A stretch of DNA of 64,000 nt from Blastocystis sp. Blastoise (GCA_039096225.1 JBBPEB010000002.1:1054001-1118000); one strand, 5' to 3'; counted from the stretch's first letter, positions 46,278-63,807 are shown. Numbers and translations are program-made. Notes: generated from the letters alone by a model not told the origin.

Positions 46278-46945
46278 CTCTATATTAATAATTCATCAGA
46301 ATATAAAATCATATTTTACTATGATCTAATCATATAATCAATTAAATACTTGAATAGTCAAACAAATAACAAATAAAAACACAAAAATATTTCAGTCATT
46401 TTTTTAATCAGAAATAAAGAGAAATTTCATCATTTTGTCTTTTTAAGCGAATATCAGAAAAAATCAGTTTTATTCTTTAATCATTCATTTCTATATCAAA
46501 TATGAATTATATAACTTATTTATGTTCTCATACATGTAGTACGATATAATTCAAGACGTTCGATGCATAATGATTTATGAATTTGTTGTATTCACAAGAG
46601 ATTATGGTTTTCTATCTTGTAACGTAACTTTGATGTATGTATATAGTGAATAGCATTTTCTGTATTATTTTGAAATATATTTCGTTTCAATCTACTTTCT
46701 TTAGATTAAATAATTATTAAATTGAAATCATCAAAAGCATTTTTATCAGAATTTTATTCTAATTTTTACACTGATTATAGATATAGTAATATTTCATGTA
46801 CTCTAAGAATAGAGGAATACAAAAATAGCTTAAAATGAATTAACTAGCATACAAAACGAGTTTATATTATACAATAATAAATGAAACATATTTTATAGAA
46901 ATTAATAATAAATATTACATATATAAATATATATATATATATAAT

Positions 46946-48349
46946 TTATTCTTTTGGAGTAGTATATTGTTTCCATGTTTTTTTCATTTTGAGTGGCAGA
47001 GCATCAACACAAGGATCGTATATAAATACTAATGCCGTCTCTTCACTTAATATATTTGAATTATCTTTTATTTTAATTTTATTATTTAATATCTGTTTAT
47101 GTATATATATAAATATTTGTGATTTAATATATTTAGTTTGAGGGAATAATTCTGTTAAAGAAGAATGAATTGATATATCATGTATTGTGAATGAAGAAAC
47201 AGAAGAGAAATATTCTTTTAATTTTAATAATATATTATTCTCTTTTGTATTCTCGACATATGGTGAGTCTATACATCGTTTTACTATATATATATATATA
47301 ATTATATAATTATAGAAAGATGTTTGATAGAGAAAAATAAGAATTAATAGTCAATAATATATATATATATAATAATGAATATACCTTGTTTTTTATAATT
47401 ATTATATAGAGAACTAATAGAATAAGTAGAAGAATAATTAATTTTAATAAGGTTTTCATCTATATTCTTAGCATAATACAAAGCCCATAATAACTGTTTT
47501 TGATTCATTTTATAAGGAAGAGTCTTCGGATTCTATATATAGATATAGTATGTATAGTATATTTTATATAACATAAATAGTTTTATATATATATATATGT
47601 AGTATTCAATTAATATTATTATACTATATATTATACTAGACTCTTTATTAAATGATATATATATATATATATATACAGTTCCTTCATAGTCCATTAACCA
47701 TACTGGTGGATCTCTATTTAATGCTTCAGTTCCCTCTCCCTCATTCTCCTATATATATACATATATATATCAAATAAGAAAAAAAAATACATATATTCTT
47801 AAATATAATAATAACATATATATTTAAAAACATTAATAATAATAAAATCATACAGCTATCACCTGACAATTGGAACACAATTCATTCCACGTGTTATATT
47901 CACAAAACCATTTGGAAGATAAAAGTGCGTCATTTGTGAAGCCGTTAGGTAAAACTCTCCATTGTTTGCAACGTTCACAGAACACATATCCTGGGGTAAT
48001 AGATGTTGGTATAACCGCGGGAATCGACCTAGAAGATATAGATAAATAAATATATATATATATATATACTGAGGTATAGGTTTTGATGGTTTTTCTGGAG
48101 TCTATATATATATATATAATTATATATATACAATTATATATACTGTTTCTGAGGGTTTTAACGATTTCACCTTTTTCAACTTCTTTTTAGCTCTCTATAT
48201 GATTATATGATTATATAATATTATTAGTGTTAACTATTTAAAGTATTATATTACATTATTTTATTATACTATAGTATACGTATATAATATTATATATATA
48301 TATACAGTGATTTGATCCATAAGATCCTGAAACTTCCATTCATGCCCAA

Positions 48350-48407
<58 letters not shown>

Positions 48408-49146
48408 ATCTTTACCAGGATGATGTGTACACCTATATATATAATATATAATGAATAAAATAATAATAATAACTATATATTTACAAGACAAAATAAGGAG
48501 AAATAGATATAGTATAATCTGGAAGACATGTTCTATGGAAGCTTCGACGACAATGAATGCACGTGACAAGAGTATCTTCATTATCTTGTGTATTACAAGT
48601 ATAACAAAAGTGTTTCTATAGTATTATATATATATATAATAAATGTATAATAATCCTAATCATAAAATTAGTATTTTCATGAATATATATTTTAAAAATT
48701 AAGAAAAAATAAGCATATAAAAATACGGGACATATAAAATCAGCTTCTTCATCTTCAATTTCATAACGATAATCTTCTAAACACTTCTTATGATAATATC
48801 CATTACATCTTGAACATTTGTATGTACTATTATTACTAATTTCTCCACATAACTCGCAAACATTCTATACATATTCAATGGAAATATAAAATATATATAC
48901 ATTTTCTTTTTTACAATTAGCACAGATCCAGTTCTCAGAATCTTCTGGTTCGTCAGAGATGCATCCTTTGTGAAATACATGATTGCAAAGAGAGCATTTG
49001 ACATCACAAAATGCGTGGTAACAAAGCAAGCAGGTCTCATATTTATCGATTCCCAGTGTTTTAGGAAATCCTGTAATCTGATCTGCTTTGTTTTGAGCAC
49101 CGACCATCATTGTATTAAATAATATAGAAGTATTCGTTTGTGACAT
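46946..49146 (-). CDS. Chromatin reader with tandem NSD-like PHD fingers and a CW-type zinc finger
   Basis: CLLC..CSLCNHVFHKGC..WICANC; CELC..CSRCNGYYHKKC..FICPKHFCYTC..CIHCRRSFHRTC; YVFCERCKQWR..KWFCEYNTWN..C. Confidence 0.82.
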
Positions 49147-49372
49147 TTTCAGATGTACAAACTACATAAAATAAAAATATTTTAAAAATTATGAAAACAT
49201 TTTCTTGTTATGTATAAATATCTTGTCTCGGGAGGTAATAAATTTTCTGTGTTATATGAGAAATTTGTGTTAATAGGGAGACATATATGTACTAGTAAGG
49301 CAGAATAATTGCTTAAGTGAGATTCCCATGATTCTTACTATTTGAGATCTTTTTTGTCTTTTATCATTCATT

Positions 49373-50870
49373 ATGACAGAATATTGGGTTAATTTACCAA
49401 AGTATTTGTGTAAATATTGTAATACATGGATACAAGACAACGTTCCCTGTCGAAAAAGCCATGAAGGAAGTGAGCGACATAAGAAGAATGTGAAGAGATA
49501 CTTGACCAAACAAAAGGAAGATCGCGAAAAGGATGTACTCAATGCAGAAAAAACAGATCATCTCATAGAAAAATTAAAAAGAATAGCAGATCAGAAATCA
49601 GCTGAAGATGCTAAATATTTTTCTGGAACAGAAGTAAATACGAGTGTTTCTGTCAAGCCTCCCAAAACAAATACAAGTGGTCAATATTCTTATTTGAATT
49701 CTTCTTCATCATCGAATCAAATAGTTTATAATGTTAATAAAAATATAGAGTTATCAAATGTATCCGCTGATGTTTCTCAACAATATAATTATTCAGGATA
49801 TACTTATCCTTATATGTCTTCTATGAATGATTATAATCAGTATTATACAAATACATATATACCTCCTCCTCCTCCTCCTAATCTTTCTTCATATATATAT
49901 ACACCTGAAATCTCTACTACAAATGAAGTAACTAGTTCTAACAATTCTATAGTTACTAAAGAAACGAAAGAGATTAGTGATACTCAAATAATTAGTAGTA
50001 TTAGTTTAGATAATAATAAAGAGAAATCAGATGATAATAATATAGATATTGGAAGTCAAAAAGATGAAACAAACTCTGATGGCATAAAGAGTAGTAATAC
50101 GAATAAAGTGAATACAACTGTTGAAGATGATGATTTCGTATGTATTTCTATTTTATTCAGTTTATTATATTTATTATATTTATTTTTATTATTATATTTA
50201 TTATTATATTTATTATATTTATATTTAATGTATTTATTAACTAAGTACTTTTTTGTATTATGTAATAATAATATATATATATAGTTTGGAGGGTGGACAA
50301 CAGTAGCTGTAAATACTGTTACACATGAGGATTTAAAGCAGCGAGATCAAGAATATTCTGAAGCTATTATGTCAAGTGATAAACTAGTTAAAGAAACAAA
50401 AGAAAAAGAAGAAAAAGAGAAACGTAAAGAAGAATTAGAATTAGAAGGAGATCAAGATCATGAACCTGAAAATGAAGATGCATTTTCAACTTTTAATCCT
50501 TATGGAGGTGCTTATAAGTATATATATATAGATTTGTTTTTATTTATTAATTATTATTATAACCTTTTTATTTTTCATTTGTTGTTTTATATATTTTAAT
50601 TAATATAATTATTATAATTAATATATTTATTATATTAATATATTTATTATTATATTTATTATTTTACTTTTATATAATGATTACTATATATATAGAGGTG
50701 TAGTATTAACAGATACAAAAGCTCCTAAAGAAGTTCCTATGTTTGCTAAGAAGATCAATCTTAATTTGAATAAACCTAAAGTTGAGAGTATTGATTTTAA
50801 ATTAATTAAAAAAAATACAGATAAAAAGAAAACTGGTAATCGTTCATATAGACCTCGTTCCGATTCTTAA
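49373..50870 (+). CDS. WBP4: U1/matrin-type zinc-finger splicing factor, WBP4/FBP21-like, no WW domains seen
   Basis: MTEYWVNLPKYLCKYCNTWIQDNVPCRKSHEGSERHKKNV; FGGWTTV; 3 exons. Confidence 0.8.
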
Positions 50871-51124
50871 AAGTTATACTATTCATTATTAAATGTTATG
50901 TTATTCATTGTTTTTTTATGTTAAACTATTTTATATATAATTTTGTATGTTCTATAATTCCTTTAAATAATTAAAATAATCAAAAAAAATAAAACAACCA
51001 AACAAGGTATCTATTTGAAAAACGACATACATCAGATATATATATATATATATATATATATAAACAACAATAAAAATAAAGAATATAGATTTATATAACG
51101 AAAGAATAAAAAAGAATCAATAAT

Positions 51125-51913
51125 TTACCTTCTTCTACTATATTTTTTAGGATTCTTTCTTTGTTTATTTTTCTTTTGTTTAATAATATTACGTATCTTT
51201 TCTTTCTTTTCTAATTCAAGTCTTTCTTTATGTTTTTCAATTTTATTCATATGTCCATCATCTTTTACCATTTCACATAAGAAATCTTGAGGCTTTAAAA
51301 ACGGAATATCATTTTCTTTTAATAAATGACGAGCTTCTGTTACACCACTTAAAGTAGCTTCATAACTATATATATATATATATATAATACATATATTATA
51401 ATATATATATATATATATATATATTAATATAGAAAAAACTATAATAAATAAGCATAAAAAAATATTAAAGAATTAAAATAGATTATATATATACAAAGCT
51501 AATTCTCTTTGAATATCATCATCAGGATTTTCAATTTCAGGAAGTTTCACAGACATATCAAGGACTTCATCCCATGGTAATTGTTTTTCTAAATGTTTAG
51601 CTACATTCTTAAGACCTTCCTAGAAAAATAAATAACAAATAAGAAAAAAATAGATGAACACAAAATTTATTTATTAAGATATGAATATATAAACTATATC
51701 GATAAATATTTATTTTTACGGCAGACTCAGGAGCAATAAACAATTTAAAAATATATACTTTATCCATCTCAATCACATTTTTGCCGGAACGTTCAGCCTT
51801 GATAGCTTCTAAGGCTTTCTTTTCCATTTCTACTTCTTCCTCATTGAGATCTAAACTGTCATGTTCACTAAAAACGTTATTAAATAAAGAACAGCAACAT
51901 ACCTATCACTCAT
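51125..51913 (-). CDS. EBP2: rRNA-processing protein Ebp2, short form
   Basis: LPWDEVL, DDDIQRELAFYEATL, IPFLKPQDFLCEMVKDDGHMNKI. Confidence 0.85.
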
Positions 51914-52768
51914 TATTGATTATTTCAATCAGCCTATAAACAAAGAAAGTCAACAAATGTTGTAATTGATAAATACATAACTTACAGAAAAAATAATTAA
52001 AGATTCAAGGGCTTTATGAAATAATTAAAAAGTATTCAATTTAGAGGTCAAATATCCATTGCGGGAATAATCACGGGAATAAGTCTGTTGATACAGGAAA
52101 TTTCATATGTTTTCATCAAATAATTATTTCATTTTGAAAATAGTCTTTTCATGTTAAATATTTATTGTGTATGCTATTCAATGGATTAGATAGTGTGTCT
52201 ATACTTAAATTAATTCTTTATTTAGTTTTTTTAACCTTAGAAAATGCATTTGAGAAATTAGTAGACAGTTATGATTTCTTTATGGATAGTTGAATTAGTT
52301 TTTATTCTTGATCGTTGAATTAGTTCTTGAATAATAGAAAGAGATAAAAAAAACACAGCTTAATGAATAAGACTAAGGATATTAAAAAAAAGACGAAAAG
52401 CTAAAATAAATAAAACAATAATATATATTAGATTACTGATTGACTATATATACGGATAAGGCATCATTTTTGTGAATCAAAAGAATATATATATATAAAG
52501 AAAAACATGAGAATTATATAAAGGAACATTGTGAAAAAAAATGGACACAAAAAAAATATGATACTATATATATAGATACAAAATTTAAAAAAAACAGAAA
52601 AAGAAATAGTAGTACAAAGACAATATAAATAACAATGAATAGACGTTAAATGTGTGCTTTTTTTGGATAGAAAAAAAAATGAAAAAAGAAAAAAAAAATG
52701 AAATTTATAAAAAAAAAATCCTGTAAATTATTTAAAAGATTATAATTGAATATGTATATATATATATA

Positions 52769-53411
52769 TTATTGAACAAGTGAAGATATATTATCCGTGT
52801 CATCAATAAATTTCGATGAATATAAACATTCACATTTATTATCTTTATAAGTTATCTATATAAAATAAATAGAATAAATATGAGTAATATAATATATATA
52901 TAGAATAGTAGACATAATAAAGAATAGATATAGAATAGTAGATATAATAAAGAATATTTATAGAATATATAATAAATATGAGTAAGATAATATATATACA
53001 ATATATAGGTATAGTAAACAATAGATATAATATAAAATAAAAGTAATAGTATATTATAAATAGACTATATATATATTTATATACGTGATATAAATTGCCT
53101 TTAGAAGTAAGAACAACCACGCAACTATCATCAGAACTAAAAGCACATATAAACTTTCTATATATATATAATGATAATTCTATTACTATATATATATATA
53201 GATATATATACCCAGGTTCAGTAAATGAATATTTACATATATTACTAGTCATCAATTTGGAAAATGAGAATTTATTTTTTTCATTTTTAATATCATTAAT
53301 ATCTTGATTTCGTACACTCGATTCTTTTAGTTTATATATATGAAGAGTATTTCTTGAACTGGTACACGCAAGATAGTCACCATGCTGAGAAAACCTATAT
53401 ATATATATATA

Positions 53412-53490
<79 letters not shown>

Positions 53491-53503
53491 ATTATTATTA
53501 TTA

Positions 53504-53540
<37 letters not shown>

Positions 53541-53736
53541 GCCATAGAATACATAGTTGCTTTTTCTTTTCCTCTTCGAAGTTCTTCTAATAATAAACCT
53601 GTCTCTGTATCAAATATACGTATAATTGTACCCTATATATATATATATATATATTAGAATTTTTGTAAATAATTATATTATATAAATTCATATTATATAA
53701 TCATATTCTAAATAATAAAATAATAATAATAATAAT

Positions 53737-53776
<40 letters not shown>

Positions 53777-54313
53777 TTTAATAGAGGCACTAGCTATTCT
53801 AGTTCCATCCGTAGAAAGAGCGATACACTGAAGAGGGGACGAATGAGCGTTAATTACCGCACTCTTCTTTATATCATATAACTATATATATATATATAGA
53901 ATTTAAACAGAAAAATATCATGATATATATATATATAATGAAAACAGAAAAATATCATTATATATATATAATTAAAATAGAAAAATATCATTATATATAT
54001 ATATAATTAAAATAGAAAAATATCATGATATATATATATAATTAAAACAGAAAAATATCATGATATATATATATAATTAAAAATGTCATAATAAATATCA
54101 TAATATATATATATATATAATTCTATTTTGATTTGTCCTGGTTGGTCTCCAGGAAAGGCCAAAACATAATTCTTTAATACAGGGCATAATGCTATTATAC
54201 CTATATATATATAAGAAGAGAATACTATACATAGCATGAATAAACATTATGAAATATACTATTCTTAATATATATATATATATATAACATGAATAATAGT
54301 ATATAAATAATTC

Positions 54314-54372
<59 letters not shown>

Positions 54373-55144
54373 CTCAGGATTAGGTGCGGTATTAATTGTG
54401 TCTAATAATCGAACATCTGATAAATTATATACATATATTTTATTCTCTAATACTACTACTATTCTATATATATATTAACATTATATTAACATTATAGAAA
54501 AGTATCAAAGCATATATTATCAACAAAATATATATATATATATATATATAAATCAACAAAAATAGTTCAAGACTATTAAAATAGAATCCTTAACAAAAAT
54601 ACCTATCTCTCCTTAATTTGACTGCACAAACATTTGAAGCAAATTTTATTTCTGCAATACAACGAAGTTTGTGATCATCCCATATCATAACCTATAACAT
54701 ATATATATAAATATTATATAAATAAAAAAAAAATCAAAAATCAATCAATATCCTAATCATAATATTCTAGTTTTGAGTATTTATCATCATAAATATGTAA
54801 CTATATATATACTGTATTTGGAGGAAACTTAGGAACATTACCACCACCTACTAAGGCAACAATGTTACAACGATATAGCATCTCAATGATACCAATACCA
54901 CCAGAAACGAAGTCTATAGAATATGGAGATATATGTATAACTCTGATCTCATTTGAAAAATACTTCTTCTGAAGATTTCTGAAAAAGGCACGATGTTAAA
55001 GATCTTAAATCCATTTATAGTACCGCATGCAAAGCATCCTAGATATTTATCAAAGCGTTTTTAAGAAAAAATACCATAATCTTGATTAAAGGAAACATAA
55101 AGAATTTCAGATGAAGACAAACTTTGATTAATTTTTAATGACAT
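52769..55144 (-). CDS. WIPI3: WIPI3/Atg18-family PROPPIN
   Basis: [51 protein letters not shown]; GC-AG intron 53633-53776 and one non-GT donor at 54120. Confidence 0.93.
53905..54085. repeat. Intronic tandem repeat of about 35 nt, about 5 copies
   Basis: AAAA(C/T)AGAAAAATATCAT(G/T)ATATATATATATAATT units. Confidence 0.85.
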
Positions 55145-55511
55145 TTAATTGTATAACTAAAATCTATAACTTTACCAATAAAAAACAAAAAATACATAAA
55201 TATAAATCACGGCTGTATAAATATATTAAAAATATCATTTATGAATCTAAAAAAAAAAGAGATTGAATGGATTCACGAATATCTCTTCACTACAAACTCA
55301 ATTTTCATTTTTCTCTTGTTTTTATCATTTTGCGTCTAAAATGAAAATTGACTCGAAATTTGATTCTCACAGACATTTGAGTTCTCTTTTGAAACCAATA
55401 ATTTTACCATGTTTATTCAACAAGACAAACTCATTTTTCGTAATTTTCCGTAATTTTTTAAAACGAATTTATTATTTTTTGTAAGTTTTAAAATTCATTA
55501 AAGAATAAAAG

Positions 55512-57289
<1,778 letters not shown>

Positions 57290-57734
57290 AATATAAATGT
57301 TATTATATATATATATGTATTATTAAATGTTGTATCTGTTCTATTTTATTGAGTTTATAATAAGAAATAAATATATTAAATCTTTATACACTACTTTATA
57401 CTATTAATAGTATTATTTATAAATCAATATATAATTTCAATTATTATTAGACACTATTATTGTCAATATTTTTTATGCTTTCAAAAGCAATCCTATAGTT
57501 GATATTATTAACTACTACTATTCCTGTGAAACAAAGAAATTATGGTATATTTATATAAATATTCAATTAATTAGTCTGTCAAGAGAAATAAATAGAGTAT
57601 TAGTTAACTAAACACATATATATAAGAAAGAGTATTTATATAATAATCATAATAAAATAAAAAGAAAAAAGAAAAAAATGAATTAAAAATATGATTACCT
57701 AGTTTATATATATATATATATGATATTATTATGA

Positions 57735-58804
57735 TTAATATTTAATTGCAGAGATAACTTGAGTTCGAAAGGAATAATTCTTTTCAACTATTGAATTTAA
57801 TGAATGGATTTTATCATTAAAAAATGAATCCGATTGTTCCATAAAACTAGGGTAAGACATCTATATATATATATATTAATATTTAATTAAGAATAGATTA
57901 ATTATTGAATAAATAAAAAAATTATTCTTATATATATATATTGTTTGAATATAGAATTTATATATATTCTTATATATATATATACAGAGTCAACTAGATC
58001 TAGAATAATGTCTTGTAGTTGTTCATTATTTTGTTCTAGTCGTCCCTGCCAGTCATAAAATAAATCTAATATTTGTTTATTATCTACATGGTTATAAGCA
58101 TATATATAGGTTGAAGCAAGAATTAAGTGATTATATAAGACCTATATATATATATAACAGTATTATAATATTTTTTTATTGTAATAATAATATATTATTA
58201 AAAAGTATAGTATATATATAATGATATAAATACTTGTTGAACAGCTAGTTCCAAGTGATTCACAAAAACAGATTTATAATCGTCTTTTACAAACTATATA
58301 ACAACAATTATAATAATAATAATAATAATATATATATATATAATATATATATATACTTTACATGGTGTTTTCATTGTATTTAACTATAAAATAAGAATAA
58401 TATATAATATATAATAATAGTTATATATATATATATAGTACATGTAACAATAACGTTTGATTCTTCTTATAAGATTCAAGATGATTCTTATATCGAGTAA
58501 CAAAGAAGCCAGTTCGATCTAGATCCCCCACAAGGGAATTGAGGGTTTTAGCGGTTTCATACTGAACATGACTATCATTTATCTATAGAAATTGTAGAAG
58601 TAAATATATGCATATATATATCATTATTATAAAGTAAATACTCGATTACAAGTATAATAAGTAGTTGCGTGTTTTGACCAATCACCCATACATCTATATA
58701 TATATATATATATATATAATTATAATAATAATAATATATATATATATATATACACCCAACAAAATTGGTAGTTACAATTATTACATATCATATGATTACA
58801 TCCC

Positions 58805-58835
<31 letters not shown>

Positions 58836-59017
58836 CGTTAAATTAATACATAAATGATATTTATATATAAAATAAATAAAAATATTAATAAAGACTATAT
58901 ATATATATATATACTTCATTTTTTTCTATTTTACATTTGCAATGTGGACAGGCCTTCACTCTTTCAATTAGCCATTGATCTTTATTGTTATCCATCATAT
59001 CAAGGAAGGAACTACAC

Positions 59018-59048
<31 letters not shown>

Positions 59049-60330
59049 TATAGTATAATATAGAGAATAAAACAAATTACAATCGAATATAAAATAGAGT
59101 ATGATCTATAATATATATAGAACACTATATATAATAATATTAATATTAAAACTATATATAATATAGATATCATAAATAGATTATTGTATACCATAGCACA
59201 TGGAATTGGCTCATGATAGAGTTCCTTGCACATGCCGCACATAAATGAACCACATGGACAGTAAATAGCTCCAGTATAAGTTGCAGAACGACATATAATA
59301 TTACTATATATATAGGAATAATAAATTTATAGTACTATATATATAATAAACAAAATAAATCACAGAATATAGAAAGATATGCTAATAATTACACTACATA
59401 TATAGAATAGAGTATATATATATATATATATACGTGCATTTTCCATTACTATTCTTGCAGGCGCAAAGAGTAGGAGAGAAGGTGATATAATGCTGAATAA
59501 TCCTCTTTTTATACCAACTGAGTATACTATCGTTCTTTAACTATATATATACATATATATAAAGAAGCAGAAGAAGCAGAAGAAGAAGAAGAAGAAGAAG
59601 AAGAAATATAATTAAAAAGAAAATTTTAATAGGAAACATTTTATAATAAATAGTTTATGATATTGTTACTTACGTTTAATATATAATCCGGATTAATAGG
59701 GCATTTGCATGCTTTGCTATTAGCCGTACAAAGGCATGTGACAATAGGAGATGGGAATGCATTATTCATAACAGACAACAAGTGTGACTCAAAACAATGC
59801 TTACAAAACCTATATTATTATTATATATTATTATTATTATACTTATTATATCATATATATATTAATCATAAATAATAAATAACTAAATACATATGACCAC
59901 AGGGCATGAGAACACATTCATCTCTTGGGTATGTTTCAAAGCAAATAGGACAATCACATACATCAGGAAATTCTTCACAATCTTCTTTTGGAAATCCATT
60001 CTTCTTTCGAAACTTTATATTTAATAATAAAAAAAAAGATAAAAGATGATCAACATACGGATTCATTAGAATCTAAATAATTGTCCATAACCTTTCCTTG
60101 TCTCCAATTTGATAAGATTAAATAAAGAATAGACGTTCCTTCCGTAAAAGCAAGATCTTCCTTGAGACGATTTATTGATTTATCAATTAGTTTTGCAATA
60201 GAACTATCATCCACAACACTACAATTATCGATCCATGGTGCTAGATGACTAAAACGCTAATTAGCAGATAATCGTGAAAATACTTTTCAGGATCTGAATC
60301 TATAGTATGTCTCACTGACTTATAGGACAT
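57735..60330 (-). CDS. ARIH1: Ariadne-family RBR E3 ubiquitin ligase
   Basis: RING1 CPIC..CGHMFCKHC, IBR CPCG..CGMCKELYHEPIPC, RING2 [36 protein letters not shown], Ariadne domain TYIYAY. Confidence 0.9.
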
Positions 60331-60846
60331 CCAGGCTATTCAATAAAACTATTTAAAATAACTAAACTTAAAAATTAATTAGTAAAAACGTTTATTTTCT
60401 TTTCTTTTTTTCTAATTTTCAGCCAAATTCAGCTCTACAACATAAAAAACAACGATACCTAGTATTATTACTAGTTTTTTAATATTTTATTTATATATTT
60501 AACGACATATATCATTCATATATCCGATAATACGTTATTATATGTATTCTGATATTTATAAAATGATAATTGATCAAGAGAGGGAGAAATCACATTCCAA
60601 TTGTAGTGTTGCAATCTTGCTTTTAAAGTGGTTTAAAGAAATTGTTTTGCGTTCTGTAACATATTGTATATATATACTAGTAATTTTAAAAATAAAATCA
60701 CAAAGAATTCAACAAAAATTGGTTTATAATATTGTGACTACATAAAAACAATAGTAAATATAAATAAGGATTAACAGTAAACAAAACAAGTGTTTCTAGA
60801 AGAGAATATGATTACAAATATATATATATATATATATATATATTAT

Positions 60847-61741
60847 TTATTTCATTTGTTTGCAAGGTAATACAATCAGTTTATCATTATATTTATTATT
60901 TATAAACGTGATGAATTCTGATTCAGACATAATCTGATTATTCCTGAAAACATAGAATGCATCGTAACCTCCTGCGCCTAAAATACCGCCAGCAATAATG
61001 GAATCTAATGATAAAAGAGAGTCCAAATAGACTTTTACTTGTTCTGGAATCACGGGAATATCGCTTTTCTTAGAAATTGAATACAGAATATTAATAATAT
61101 TGATACTATATGCTTTATATAACTGTATATCTGTGGAATTCGATTCGAATAGAGATATATACTGAGCACATGCATCAATATAAGTCTTCCATAGTAACTG
61201 GTTGTAGTCACTATATATATATTATTAACTGTATAATATATAATAATAATAGCTAAATATATATATATATAATCATACATAACATCAAAAACAATATATA
61301 ATAATAGTTTCTTGTATATATATATGAATAATAATAAATGTATGAATAATAATAAATGTATGAATAATAATATATATATATATATAACTATATATATACT
61401 ATTGTTTCCAATTATTCATTCTCTTCACCATTTGTGAAGTTGAAGAAGAATTATATAAATGAATTAATTGGAGGGAAAAAAAAGGCGGGAGATTTATAGA
61501 AGGATGGGATACTATATATATATATATATATATATATAATATGTAGTTTTATTATAAATATATATAATTCGATTTCATATAAACATAGTAAATAATAACA
61601 TTGTTATCAAGAATAATAATAAGAATATATATATATATATATATATATAGTTACTAGCATTAGTATTATTATTATTTAATAGTTTTGTATTAAAAATACA
61701 ACTTCCGTATATAGAGGTATATATATCAAATCCACTTCCTG

Positions 61742-61799
<58 letters not shown>

Positions 61800-62629
61800 A
61801 ATCAGAATTAAATCTTCACAAGAATATATATATATATATATATATACAATTCCTTGTGCTTGTCCATGTGCTTTATATGCAATATCCAATAGAATTCGTT
61901 TGTTTAAAACTATATTGTCATACCTATATATATTAAATAATAATAGAAAATAAATTATTATATATATATAGAAAAAATAATTGAATAAAAATAAACTAAT
62001 TCATATATATATACATAGATAAATGTAATTGAAGAAAAGCATGACAAAGAGACACACAAAGAGAAGAAGAAGAACCTATTCCGCTTTTACACTGTTTCTA
62101 TATATATATATATATAATATGTCTTATAATATAAACAATAATATATATACTATAATATATACTATATATATTCTATATATATATACTCCTTGTTTATAAA
62201 TATAATATCCTTCATTCATATATATATTAATTATTATTTTATTAAAATAGTAATAATGATTGGATATTATTAAATAATGAAGACATTCTTGTAAACAACA
62301 TTCTAAATACTTATTTTCACTTTTGTTCAATCTATGAATATATATTGCTATATCAATAAAGGAGTAGTATACGAATTACAAATAAACGTTTGATCATGAT
62401 TATCAACTGAATAAAGCCAATGTTCATCAAATGTTTCACTATAACAATCTATTTGACACGTTTCTGATTCGTGAGTGTATCCATCACATGTGACTGTACA
62501 ACATGAGTCTAAAGCCATAGATATTCCATTAAAACCCTCAAGAATCACGTATCCACCAACAATTAATGCTTTTCCATTATGGGAAGCACTCACTGTTTTT
62601 TTTATTTCTGTTTTTTTTGCTGACATCAT
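60847..62629 (-). CDS. ERG8: Phosphomevalonate kinase, ERG8 (GHMP) type
   Basis: GKALIVGGYVIL, KSGIGSSS, AHGQAQGIAGSGFDI, SSTSQMVK, GAGGYDA. Confidence 0.88.
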
Positions 62630-62946
62630 ATGTTCGTATGTATACGATAAATCTATGACAAAAAATACGAGATAATAATAACAAAAAAAATTTAAAAAGT
62701 GAGAAAACACGATGTAAAGAGATACTATGAATAAAGAATGATTTAAATAGTATTTATATGATCTTATAAATAGCAAAATGTTTCAAATGAATAAGAAATA
62801 GAAGATTATAATTAAATTGATGATTCTAAAAAACCATGGAAATAATTATTCCTTTCCCTTAAATTTGACGAATCTGCACATCTTAAAAAAAGATAAACCA
62901 TCAAACAATTAAAAGTCTTTATTTCCATCATTTATTATAAATATCA

Positions 62947-63764
62947 ATGAGTTCTGGTACAAATACATCTCGAATATATGTATATCATCTATAGAAAAGC
63001 CTATTGTTATTCTTGGTGCTGGTCTTGCTGGTGTGTGTGCTGCTTTTGAAGCTGAAAAGAGAGGCAAGCAAGTTATTGTTATTGATAAGGATACTAAGTA
63101 TATTGATGATATACCCATTTTTGTTTATGTACATTTTTAGGGGAGGTGGTAATTCTACCAAAGCTTCTTCTGGTAAATGATTATAAAAACATATCATTAT
63201 TATTCTTATTGCTATTTTATATAGGTATTAGTTGTTTTGGATCTTCTTTCCAAAAGGAACAAGGAATTGTCGATTCTAAGGAAGCTTTCTTAAAGGATTT
63301 CTTAAAATCTGCTGCTGGTCTTGGTGATGAAGAATTAGCTGATATTCTAGTAACTGATGGTATCGAAGTAGTTGATTGGTTCCGTGATACTTTCAAAATT
63401 GATTTATGTGTTATCTCCCAATGCGGTGGTCACTCTGTATATTTTAATAACTATATTATTAATATATTTTTTTTTTAATATATTTTTTTATTTTTTTATA
63501 TATGTTTTTAGTATGTTTATATATATATATACATATAGGCTCCTAGAACTCATAAGAATCCTGGTGGTATTCCCGTGGGATATTTTATGTATAGCACTGT
63601 ATTAAAACAATGTGAAGCCAAAGAAAATATCAAGGTATATTATTATGTTTATTATTATTATTATGTTTGTGTTTATTATTATTATTATTATGTTTGTATT
63701 TATTATTATTATATATAGTTCTATCGTTCTACAATAGTTAAGAATCTTATTATTGATAATGGTA

Positions 63765-63807
<43 letters not shown>

